From contig OY969116.1 of assembly GCA_963698075.1 (NCBI GenBank), positions 400,097-464,096 on the forward strand: a DNA stretch of 64,000 nucleotides, written 5' to 3'. This stretch comes from an uncultured Candidatus Berkelbacteria bacterium (GTDB lineage: Bacteria; Patescibacteriota; UBA1384; UBA12157; JAENIV01). The notes beneath the pieces are model-generated. The model worked only from the letters and a program-made list of their open reading frames with translations, was not told the origin of the DNA and did not search any database. Position numbers and translations under genes: made by a program. Positions 55,882-64,000 of this stretch are shown here, one piece after another (position 1 is the first letter of the stretch; each line of letters opens with the position of its first letter).

Positions 55882-57765
55882 ATGTCTAAAATTATTGGCA
55901 TTGACTTAGGCACGACCAATAGCGTGGTTGCCGTGATTGAAGGAGGCAAACCAAAAGTTATTCCCATGGCTGAAGGTTCTAATCTCTGCCCATCTATCGT
56001 CGCCCAATCTAAAAACGGCGAAAGATTAGTCGGACAATTGGCCAAACGGCAGGCGATTACCAACCCGGAAAACACGATTTTTTCGGTCAAGCGTTTAATC
56101 GGTCGTCGTTGGGAGGAAGAAGAAATTCAACGAGATCTCAAATTATTGCCCTATAAAATGGTTAAGTCCGGCGACGGCGTCAAAATCGTTATGGCCGGCA
56201 AAGAATATAGTCCCCAAGAAATTTCTGCTTTTATTTTACAAAAACTCAAAACCGATGCCGAGGCCTACTTAGGCGAAAAAGTGACTGATGCTGTTATCAC
56301 TGTTCCGGCCTATTTTAACGATTCCCAGCGCCAAGCCACCAAGGACGCCGGTGAAATTGCCGGCTTGACCGTTAAAAGAATTATCAATGAGCCAACGGCC
56401 TCATCACTCGCCTACGGACTTGACAAGAAAAAAGAAGGTCATGTCGCGGTCTACGATTTTGGCGGCGGCACTTTTGACATCACCATTTTAGATATCGGCG
56501 ACGGCGTTTTTGAAGTCAAAGCCACTGGTGGCGATACCCATTTGGGCGGCGATGATTTAGACCAGAAAGTAATGGACTACATTGCCGATGAATTCAAAAA
56601 ATCTGAGGGTATTGATGTTAAAAAAGATCCCATGGCTCTTCAGCGCGTCAAAGAAGCGGCTGAAAAGGCCAAAATTGAGCTTTCAAGCCAGCAAGAAACC
56701 GAAATCAATTTGCCATTCATCACGGCCGATTCTGCTGGACCTAAACACTTGGTGATGAAGCTCTCGCGTGCCAAGTTAGAACAACTCACCGGCGATTTGA
56801 TTGAGGAAACAATCGGCCATTGCGAAAAAGTGATTAAAGAATCAAGCGTTGAAGTCAAAGATATTTCCGAAGTCATTTTGGTCGGTGGCATGACACGGAT
56901 GCCGCTGATTCAAGAAACTGTCAAAAAAATTTTCAAAAAAGAACCTCATAAAGGTGTTAATCCTGACGAAGTCGTCGCTTTAGGTGCGGCCATTCAAGCC
57001 GGAGTTTTGGGCGGGGAAGTCAAAGACTTATTACTGCTCGATATCACGCCTTTGACCTTAGGCATTGAAACCTTGGGTCAAGTAATGACGCCTTTAATCG
57101 AAAAAAATACCACTATCCCGACTTCAAAAACCCAAATCTTTTCAACCGCCGCTGATAACCAGACTTCGGTGGAAATCCATGTTTTACAAGGTGAACGTTC
57201 CATGGCCACCGATAACCGCACTTTGGGACGATTTATGCTTGATGGGATTCCGCCAGCTCCTCGCGGTCTGCCGCAGATTGAAGTCACTTATGATCTTGAC
57301 GCTAATGGGATTTTAAATGTTAAAGCCAAAGATAAAGCCACCAACAAAGAACAAAAAATCACGATTACTTCTTCTTCAGGATTGTCTAAAGAAGAAATTG
57401 AAAAAATGAAAACTGAAGCCGCCGCGCATGAGGAGGAAGATAAGAAAAAGAAAGAGTTAATCGATGCTAAGAACTTGGCTGAAAATCTGATTTATACTTC
57501 CGAAAAAGCTCTCAAAGATGCTGGCGCAAAAGTTCCGGAAAACGATAAAAAAGAAATTGAGACGAAAATTTCCGAGTTAAAAGAAGCCACCAAGGGCGAC
57601 GAGCTTGAAAAAATAAAGACTGCCACTGAAGCTTTAAGCCAGACGATCCAAAAAATCGGCCAGGCGATGTATGGTCAGCCGAAGGCTGACAGTGACCAGA
57701 GGTCAGTGGATAGTGAGAAGAAAAAAGAAGAAAAAGACGAGAAAACTGACGAAAAAAAAGATTAA
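55882..57765 (+). CDS. dnaK: Chaperone DnaK
   Basis: [35 protein letters not shown]. Confidence 0.99.
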   Translation: MSKIIGIDLGTTNSVVAVIEGGKPKVIPMAEGSNLCPSIVAQSKNGERLVGQLAKRQAITNPENTIFSVKRLIGRRWEEEEIQRDLKLLPYKMVKSGDGVKIVMAGKEYSPQEISAFILQKLKTDAEAYLGEKVTDAVITVPAYFNDSQRQATKDAGEIAGLTVKRIINEPTASSLAYGLDKKKEGHVAVYDFGGGTFDITILDIGDGVFEVKATGGDTHLGGDDLDQKVMDYIADEFKKSEGIDVKKDPMALQRVKEAAEKAKIELSSQQETEINLPFITADSAGPKHLVMKLSRAKLEQLTGDLIEETIGHCEKVIKESSVEVKDISEVILVGGMTRMPLIQETVKKIFKKEPHKGVNPDEVVALGAAIQAGVLGGEVKDLLLLDITPLTLGIETLGQVMTPLIEKNTTIPTSKTQIFSTAADNQTSVEIHVLQGERSMATDNRTLGRFMLDGIPPAPRGLPQIEVTYDLDANGILNVKAKDKATNKEQKITITSSSGLSKEEIEKMKTEAAAHEEEDKKKKELIDAKNLAENLIYTSEKALKDAGAKVPENDKKEIETKISELKEATKGDELEKIKTATEALSQTIQKIGQAMYGQPKADSDQRSVDSEKKKEEKDEKTDEKKD

Positions 57766-57921
57766 TCGCTCGCCAGTATCCGTCAAAAGATACCGCACCT
57801 AAATTTTCTCCAGCGCGAAAATTGGTGCTGCGCTCTCGGCCAAAAATCCCGCCGATGGCGGGAACCTTGCTTTTTGGCCTGCGAGAGCTACTTTTGAGGA
57901 TACATGGCTTCGCTCATTAAT
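57761..57921. mobile_element. MITE-like branched palindromic element between dnaK and dnaJ
   Basis: Multiple nested inverted repeats with ATTAAT on both flanks. Confidence 0.55.
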
Positions 57922-57959
57922 TAGTACATTCGTAATAATTAGTAATTAGTTAGATACTC

Positions 57960-58589
57960 ATGAAAGATTATTATAATATTCTCGGTGTTTCCAAGAACGC
58001 CTCCCAGGATGAAATTAAGCGTGCTTACCGGAAACTCGCTCATGAATATCATCCGGATAAAAACCAAGCTCACGCTGATGGGACTCGATTTAAGGAAATC
58101 AACGAGGCCTATCAGGTTTTATCCAATTCCTCGAAACGGTCGCAATATGATCAGTTTGGCACGGTCGGAGGATCGGGATTTGAAGGTTTTAACTGGGGCG
58201 ATGCCTCGGGCTTCGATTTCCGCGATTTTGGCGGCTTTGGCCAGCAAAACCGTGGTTTTAGTTTCAATTTTGGCGGGGGCTTAGGTGATATTTTCGATGA
58301 TTTTTTCGGCGGCGTTTTTAGCCAGGTCCAAACTGAAGTTGAAATCAATCTAACTTCCGCTTTATTAGGCGAAAAAATAAACTTAAGGACATCTCAAGGC
58401 GAGAATATCACGATGGATATTCCGCTTGGCACCCAAGATGGCACAACTTTTCGTTTCCCCGGCAAAGGGATACTTGACCGCCGTGGTCGTCGAGGCGATT
58501 TATTGGTTACGGTCAGGATCAAATTGCCAAAAAGATTGACTCGAGAACAAAAAGAACTCTTGGAAGAACTCAAAAGGATGGGGCTGTAG
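57960..58589 (+). CDS. dnaJ: Short DnaJ-family protein (J domain, G/F region, partial CTD, no Zn finger)
   Basis: [24 protein letters not shown] and a G/F-rich region. Confidence 0.88.
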   Translation: MKDYYNILGVSKNASQDEIKRAYRKLAHEYHPDKNQAHADGTRFKEINEAYQVLSNSSKRSQYDQFGTVGGSGFEGFNWGDASGFDFRDFGGFGQQNRGFSFNFGGGLGDIFDDFFGGVFSQVQTEVEINLTSALLGEKINLRTSQGENITMDIPLGTQDGTTFRFPGKGILDRRGRRGDLLVTVRIKLPKRLTREQKELLEELKRMGL

Positions 58590-58647
58590 TTGACAGGCGA
58601 TATCTACTATTAGATAATAGAAATAAGGAATTATTTTAGAGGAGGGG

Positions 58648-59172
58648 TTGATGCCAGCACCATCCTGGGATTTAGCCATCGCCGTTTTTTTCCTCATCGG
58701 CATGGCCTTCGGTTATATCTTACAAAGAGAAAAAATTATTGCCACTCTTTTATCGGTCTACGTCGCCTTGGTTGTCACCCAGGTCTTTGCTGGTAATGTC
58801 TTTGAGTTCTTCCAAGGTAGTAAAACCATTGGTACCGTGTGGGTCCAGTCCGGCGCCTCGCCCTTCACTGTGAGGGTGATAATATTTATGGCAGTAATTA
58901 CCCTTTTATCAGCTAAGGGAGGAATCAAAGGCGCCACGGCTAAGGGTCTCCTTTCGCCAATTGAAATTATCTTGCTATCTTTCTTGACCACCGGGCTTAT
59001 CTTATCAAGTATTTTCTATTTTATGCCGCCTGAATCCCGCGAAACATTTATGGCGGCCTCAAGATTGGCAAACTTGGTGATTAAATACTATATTTGGTGG
59101 GTTTTGGCCCCGCCAGTTGCTCTAATTGCTTTAGGATTTTTTAGACGCACCAGTTCGAGTTCATCCGACTAA
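58648..59172 (+). CDS. Membrane protein (CvpA-like topology)
   Basis: About 5 TM helices, WDL...FG pattern. Confidence 0.55.
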   Translation: MMPAPSWDLAIAVFFLIGMAFGYILQREKIIATLLSVYVALVVTQVFAGNVFEFFQGSKTIGTVWVQSGASPFTVRVIIFMAVITLLSAKGGIKGATAKGLLSPIEIILLSFLTTGLILSSIFYFMPPESRETFMAASRLANLVIKYYIWWVLAPPVALIALGFFRRTSSSSSD

Positions 59173-59246
59173 AGTAAGATAAAAGAATTGAAATTAGAAG
59201 AGGTAAATCCCTCTTTTTAAATTGTCTTAAAATATTGGTAGAAAAA

Positions 59247-60377
59247 TTAAACCGCTCTACGACGTAGTAATAAAATTGACAAAATTATAAAACCAACAAA
59301 ATAACCAACCAACATTAATAAATCCGGCAGGATTTGATAAAAATCAAATCCTAAAATATTTACTTCTCGCATCGCTTTAATTGAATAAGTAAAAGGAATT
59401 ATTAGAGGGATTTTTCCAATTATTGGATGCATTGTTTCTGACTGAAATAAGAATGGTGTTAAAATCAAGGTTAGATAAAAAGCCATAATTCCCATCAGAA
59501 TTGATTCACGGATAGTATAAGTAATAGATGAGATGAAAATTCCCAAAGCAATCGCCATTAAAGCAGTTATAAAAGTGATTAAAAGAACTAGCCAAATCGG
59601 ACCAAGAGTGACTGCAAATAAGGTTTTTAATGTTAAAATAATAATAATTGATAAAACAATAGCGACTATCGCAAAAGCCAATAATTTACCTATTATCATA
59701 TGATACTTCTTAAAAGGTGTAACAAAAAATCTTTCAAAAGTTCCTTCAATACGCTCCGTTGTGATCGTGGTTGATGAAAGATTAAGACAATTGATAGTTA
59801 TTAGCAAAACTATTAAAGCTGATAAAAAATAATCGAAGTATTTAATATTTTTATTGGTATTTTTTGTTTCTCGAATTTCAATTGGCGATAAATCAATATT
59901 TGTCTCATCTATTTTTATTTGAGCAGATTGAGGCATCAGATTTTTGACATTTTCGACTGAAAAATTTTTCACGGTATCTTCAGTTGCTTTCAAAATAATT
60001 TTTTTTGTTTGACCACTAAGTTCTGGCAATGTAGAATTTTCCATTATCTCAATTGAACCACTGATTATATCGTTTTTTTTAGCAATATCAATAATAACAG
60101 CAGATCTTGTAATGTTGTCTTTAACTTGCCGATGAGCTTCATCGGCACTCGAGTCATAAACCAATATTAATTTTTTTTCCCTCTCAAGATCTTGAACGAT
60201 TTGTTGAGAATACTGATTGTCTTCTTTATTAAAAAAAGACACACGAATATTTTGGGGTTCTCGCCAAGTCACCAGTCCCAAAAACAATACAACCAAAATG
60301 GGTTGTACCAAAAAGAGAACAAGCCATCTAGTGTCTCTTGTTAATTTTTTTAATTCATATAAGGCAATTTTAAGCAT
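59247..60377 (-). CDS. ABC-2 type transporter permease
   Basis: ERIEGTFERFFVTP, IIGK, PFTY...R. Confidence 0.9.
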   Translation of the reverse strand: MLKIALYELKKLTRDTRWLVLFLVQPILVVLFLGLVTWREPQNIRVSFFNKEDNQYSQQIVQDLEREKKLILVYDSSADEAHRQVKDNITRSAVIIDIAKKNDIISGSIEIMENSTLPELSGQTKKIILKATEDTVKNFSVENVKNLMPQSAQIKIDETNIDLSPIEIRETKNTNKNIKYFDYFLSALIVLLITINCLNLSSTTITTERIEGTFERFFVTPFKKYHMIIGKLLAFAIVAIVLSIIIILTLKTLFAVTLGPIWLVLLITFITALMAIALGIFISSITYTIRESILMGIMAFYLTLILTPFLFQSETMHPIIGKIPLIIPFTYSIKAMREVNILGFDFYQILPDLLMLVGYFVGFIILSILLLRRRAV

Positions 60378-61101
60378 GGTCGTTCTTTATACTAGCAATT
60401 ACTTGATGTAAATTATTGACCTTAAATTTTTTTACTATTTGCGCGGGTGTTCCTTTGACAAGAATTTTACCTTCACGCAAAATAATTAATTCATCACAAA
60501 GTTTCTCGGCTTCATCCATATAATGAGTCGTCATAATAATAGTAGTATGATTTTTTAACTCCCGTGTTAAATCCCAAATTTTTTCTCGGCCCAAGGGATC
60601 AAGTCCCATAGTAACTTCGTCAAAAAAAAGAATCTTTGGTTCGTGAACGACGGCACAAGCTATGGACAAACGTTTCGCCATTCCGCCTGATAAATTTTTC
60701 ACCAAAATATTTTTTCTATCAAAAAGATTAATCATCTTAAGAACTTTAGCGATACGTTCTTTTCTATCGCCCCTATAAGGATACGCCGAAAAAAACAAAT
60801 CTATATTTTCCCAAACTGTAAGATTAGGATACAACGCTTCTTTCTGCGGAACATAGCCAATGTCTCGAAGTATTTCATAACCATTACTTCCATAAACAAA
60901 TTCTTCAATCGTAATTTCTCCATGAGTCGGTTCAAGAAGAGTAGTCAGCATTCTTAAAATTGTGGTCTTACCGGACCCGTTTGGCCCAAGAATCCCAAAA
61001 ACAGTATTGGGTTTTACTTCAAAAGAAACACTATCAACAGCTTTTATGTCGCCCTTAAAAATTTTAGATAAGTGGGAAACTTTAATAATTGCTTTTTCCA
61101 T
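60370..61101 (-). CDS. ABC transporter ATP-binding protein
   Basis: GPNGSGKT, LSGGM, FFDE, TTHYMDEA. Confidence 0.95.
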   Translation of the reverse strand: MEKAIIKVSHLSKIFKGDIKAVDSVSFEVKPNTVFGILGPNGSGKTTILRMLTTLLEPTHGEITIEEFVYGSNGYEILRDIGYVPQKEALYPNLTVWENIDLFFSAYPYRGDRKERIAKVLKMINLFDRKNILVKNLSGGMAKRLSIACAVVHEPKILFFDEVTMGLDPLGREKIWDLTRELKNHTTIIMTTHYMDEAEKLCDELIILREGKILVKGTPAQIVKKFKVNNLHQVIASIKNDHA

Positions 61102-61142
61102 TCTGATTCTATATTAGCATATAAAAACTAACAAAAGCTGTT

Positions 61143-62327
61143 TTAAAAGATTGTCATCAAATACATCGCTGCGCCAGAAATTAGTGCCACCGAGATATTG
61201 TCATCTATTCCCCAAGGAATGAGCTCGACGACAGCCGCCGCCAAGGCGCCGACGAGAAGCATTCCTAAATTAGCCTCGATATACGGCAAAAATAGCAACC
61301 CAAAAATTACTGCCGCTAAGAAATAAGCAATTGATCCTTCGAGGGTCTTTTTAAAAATGTGAACTTTGCCAAACATCATTCCGATGATTTTGGCAAAAAC
61401 ATCACCAAAGATTAGAAAACTAACCGTTAGGATTCCGATCCCTTTCGGAAAAACGAGAAAAGAAAGAAAAATTGCCACCAAAAAGAGACTGATTGAGGAA
61501 AAAGTCTGTATTTCTTTCTGTTTGAAAATTACCGGTGTTTTAAATAAGAAGAGATTGGTCTTGCGAGAAAGCAATCTCGTAATATCCAAAAGTACAAAAG
61601 CCAGCGCGATTGAGCCAACGAAGATGAGAATAAATCTCTTATCAAATTGAAGATATAAAATTGGCAAAACAATGGCCAAAGGTCTTAAAAAAGTCCGCCA
61701 AAAACGAATTTCCTTCATTACTTCAGGGGCATTTTTGAAAATTTCAAATTTTTTAACGTTATAGAGCGTGACAATCCACATTTGGAGCAAAAGAATTCCC
61801 ATAAAAATTGTCGTGGGATTGAGTCGGGTTTTGGCCAAAAAAAGAATGATAAAAGTCGGCAGGGTGAATACGCCAACAATTTCCGCTGGCGATATAATGA
61901 ATAGAAATAAAGCCAAAATGACCACCGGAATTAGAATTTCATAGGGAAACCAGTGATTCAAAATCGCCTTGAAGATGATAAAGAAAAAAATGCCCAAAGT
62001 TGTCGCTTGGCCTTCACCGCCACGAAAGCCAAGATAAAATGGAAAGATGTGGCCCAGAATAGCGGCGTAGCCCGAAGCATAGATAATGATTTCTGGAGCG
62101 CCGAGTTGCCAGGCCATATACATCGAAAGCAAGCCCTTGCTCAAATCGTAAATAATCGTTACGACCGCCGGCCATAAACCGAGGACTTTCTTAACATTCC
62201 GGCCGCCGGCATTGCGCGTGCCGTGCTCGCGAATATCAATCCCACGCAAAAGCCGGCCTAAAATATAGGACGGAGAGACTGAGCCCAGAAGATAACCAAT
62301 AATAATTACTAAAATATTAAGCCACAT
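61143..62327 (-). CDS. plsY: PlsY acyltransferase fused to a CTP-dependent kinase/cytidylyltransferase-family membrane domain
   Basis: N-half YLLGS, DIREHGTRNAGGRN, GHIFP...F.GG.G. C-half GD.FA..IG..FG....KKTLEGS...DDN. Confidence 0.85.
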   Translation of the reverse strand: MWLNILVIIIGYLLGSVSPSYILGRLLRGIDIREHGTRNAGGRNVKKVLGLWPAVVTIIYDLSKGLLSMYMAWQLGAPEIIIYASGYAAILGHIFPFYLGFRGGEGQATTLGIFFFIIFKAILNHWFPYEILIPVVILALFLFIISPAEIVGVFTLPTFIILFLAKTRLNPTTIFMGILLLQMWIVTLYNVKKFEIFKNAPEVMKEIRFWRTFLRPLAIVLPILYLQFDKRFILIFVGSIALAFVLLDITRLLSRKTNLFLFKTPVIFKQKEIQTFSSISLFLVAIFLSFLVFPKGIGILTVSFLIFGDVFAKIIGMMFGKVHIFKKTLEGSIAYFLAAVIFGLLFLPYIEANLGMLLVGALAAAVVELIPWGIDDNISVALISGAAMYLMTIF

Positions 62328-62679
62328 TTTTCAATGCTTCTTGTAAAACCTCTATCGAAAAATTGGAACATTTTTGTTTTTGCTGAGGCAGGCCGCCTAA
62401 ATAATCAACAATATCATGGCGCGATAATTTTAAAGCATCTTTTACTGATTTTAGTTTAACCATCTCTGTCATTGCCGAAGTCGAAGCAATACAAGCGCCG
62501 CACCCGAAAGCTTTGAATTTAATGTCTTTGATTACATTTCTATTTGGTGATAACTTAACCCACAATTTAACCACATCCCCGCAGGCCGGATTACCACCTT
62601 CGGCCTTCGCGTCATAATCTTCTAATTCGCCCATATTGCGAGGATTCGAAAAATGATCAATGGTTTTTTGATTATACAT
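62317..62679 (-). CDS. iscU: IscU/NifU-N Fe-S scaffold protein
   Basis: DHFSNPRNMG, NPACGD, FGCGACIAS, LGGLP..K..CS. Confidence 0.92.
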   Translation of the reverse strand: MYNQKTIDHFSNPRNMGELEDYDAKAEGGNPACGDVVKLWVKLSPNRNVIKDIKFKAFGCGACIASTSAMTEMVKLKSVKDALKLSRHDIVDYLGGLPQQKQKCSNFSIEVLQEALKNVA

Positions 62680-62758
62680 GATGGCTTAATTTTACCTTAA
62701 ATTAAGCCAAATTCAAAATTTAAAAATCAAAAAGCATGCCTAAAGGCAAAATGGGGGC

Positions 62759-62787
62759 TTGACAAATTATGAACATAGGTTCATAAT
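62759..62787 (+). promoter_or_regulatory. Promoter with an overlapping operator-like palindrome
   Basis: TTGACA-N17-CATAAT, overlapped by ATTATGAAC-N4-GTTCATAAT. Confidence 0.75.
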
Positions 62788-62802
62788 GTAGGGGAGGAAG
62801 CA

Positions 62803-63282
62803 ATGCGCGGAAGACCAAAAATTAAACGAACAATTAGATTTTTCCCGGAGATTACTTATTTTAAACCGGCTGGAATTCCATTGAGGAATTTACAGGAGGT
62901 TATATTGTCAATGGATGAATTGGAAGCCATGAGACTGGCCGAATTAGAAGATTTAGATCAAGAAGAAGCGGCCAAAAAAATGAAAATTTCTCGAATTACT
63001 TTTTTGAGAATCTTACATTCAGCCCATAAAAAAATTGCCGAAAGTTTAATATATGGTAAAGCTTTAAAAATCCAGGGAGGAGAAATTATGGCTTATCAAA
63101 GTCGTTTAGGCAAAGCCTTACAAAAAGATCCTTCGTTTAAAAGAGGACAAGGTCTCGGTGGTTCTGACGTTTGTGTCTGCCCAGTTTGCAAAAAAGAGTT
63201 CCCACATCAACGCAGTCTTCCTTGTATGCAAATAGAATGTCCCGATTGCAAAGTACCTTTACGAGGAAATTTTTGCCAATAA
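62803..63282 (+). CDS. DUF134 HTH protein with a C-terminal Cys-rich metal-binding domain
   Basis: RGRP..R......YFKP, ELEAMRL.E...L.QEEAA..M.ISR.T, CVCPVC...PC....CPDC. Confidence 0.85.
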   Translation: MRGRPKIKRTIRFFPEITYFKPAGIPLRNLQEVILSMDELEAMRLAELEDLDQEEAAKKMKISRITFLRILHSAHKKIAESLIYGKALKIQGGEIMAYQSRLGKALQKDPSFKRGQGLGGSDVCVCPVCKKEFPHQRSLPCMQIECPDCKVPLRGNFCQ

Positions 63283-63312
63283 AAATACGATTAACGAAGG
63301 GAGGTGATTAAA

Positions 63313-63570
63313 ATGCCAAGATTTGATGGAACAGGACCCATGGGAATAGGACCAATGACTGGTCGCGGTTTGGGTCCTTGCGGTGGATTTCGTGGCCGAG
63401 GCCGAGGTTTCGGTTACGGGATGATGATGGGGGGCTGCCCGTGGTATGGCCAAATGATTCGTCCAACAGCCGAGGAAGAAAAAGAAATCCTCAAAGATCA
63501 AGTTGAAATGCTCAAACAAAATCTCGACTCGGCTCAAAAAAGACTTTCAGAGCTGGAAAGCCAAAAGTAA
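63313..63570 (+). CDS. DUF5320-family protein
   Basis: MPRFDGTGPMGIGPMTGRGLGPC followed by a C-terminal coiled coil. Confidence 0.85.
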   Translation: MPRFDGTGPMGIGPMTGRGLGPCGGFRGRGRGFGYGMMMGGCPWYGQMIRPTAEEEKEILKDQVEMLKQNLDSAQKRLSELESQK

Positions 63571-63572
63571 AT

Positions 63573-63612
63573 AAATAGAGGGAAGTAAACCATCAGGCAC
63601 TTCCCTCTATTT
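63573..63612 (+). terminator. Hairpin after DUF5320
   Basis: AAATAGAGGGAAGT-N12-ACTTCCCTCTATTT. Confidence 0.65.
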
Positions 63613-63638
63613 AGATTTTATCAGATAATGAAAGTGAT

Positions 63639-64000
63639 ATGAATCAACAATCAGTTTCTTTGTTAGCGATTTTGGTCAATTTAATTCTTACGGCCGGAAA
63701 AATAGTTTTGGGACTTGCTTTTAATTTAACCGCTTTACTGGCTGAAGGAATTCATTCTGGTCTTGATATTTTCTCATCTATCATTGCTTTTTTAGGCATT
63801 AAATCAGCTCAAAAACCGGTTGATGATAAACATCCCTACGGCCATTATCGTGCCGAAAGCTTGGCTGGTTTCGTGGTTGTTATTTTGTTAGCTGGCTCGG
63901 CGGTTTGGATTTTATATGAGGGAATTATTCGAATCGTGCATCCCGAAGAGGCCTTTTTATCAATCTGGGCCATAATTCTAATGGGCGCTTCGGCTTTAAT
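63639..64000 (+). CDS. Cation diffusion facilitator transporter (partial)
   Basis: Manual translation gives ...ALLAEGIHSGLD...KPVDDKHPYGHYRAE, the CDF signature. Runs off the window end. Confidence 0.9.
   Translation, partial: MNQQSVSLLAILVNLILTAGKIVLGLAFNLTALLAEGIHSGLDIFSSIIAFLGIKSAQKPVDDKHPYGHYRAESLAGFVVVILLAGSAVWILYEGIIRIVHPEEAFLSIWAIILMGASAL

Noticed and set aside
55878-57287. Antisense ORFs opposite dnaK, and similar shadow ORFs opposite serS, mreB and greA
   Set aside because: Typical shadow frames of conserved genes, with no SD or protein motifs.
1-64000. CRISPR array, cas genes, integrase, transposase or reverse transcriptase
   Set aside because: No regularly spaced repeats with unique spacers and no ORF with recognisable motifs. 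The RuvC and YqgF proteins are ordinary housekeeping nucleases.
1-64000. Alternative genetic code (TGA=Gly, as in Gracilibacteria/Absconditabacteria)
   Set aside because: Conserved genes (ddl, serS, recG, miaA, mrdA) end at TGA at their expected C-termini and are full length under code 11.

Overview
A 64 kb core-chromosome segment from a small-genome bacterium, most likely Patescibacteria/CPR. The assignment rests on the class I LysRS, the short AlaRS, the FtsA-paralog/baseplate-J-like/YqgF/MltG module, tRNAs mostly lacking an encoded CCA and dense overlapping genes. TGA is used as stop (standard code 11). Housekeeping genes include ddl, secA, hpf, serS, lysS(I), greA, mreBCD-mrdA, mltG, alaS, rpsA, secG, comM, miaA, comEA, recG, ruvC, yebC, comEC, grpE/dnaK/dnaJ, a plsY fusion, iscU and a DUF134-DUF5320-CDF operon. 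The window also has a galT-to-glgA glycosyltransferase cluster and 8 intact tRNAs (Leu x4, Phe, Val, Cys, Gly). I saw no CRISPR array, integrase, transposase or prophage. The strongest unexplained signal is several families of short GC-rich palindromes inserted in frame in conserved proteins (SecA three times, SerS, RecG, ComM and others), one with a 25/26-identical intergenic copy. Other notable items are a tRNA-Leu relic interrupted in its T-loop, a ~150-nt branched element flanked by ATTAAT, and self-contained orphan gene cassettes. There are also a degenerate PurF, a divergent HIT-like protein and a frameshifted ComEC MBL domain. All protein calls come from motif recognition by eye; no searches were run.
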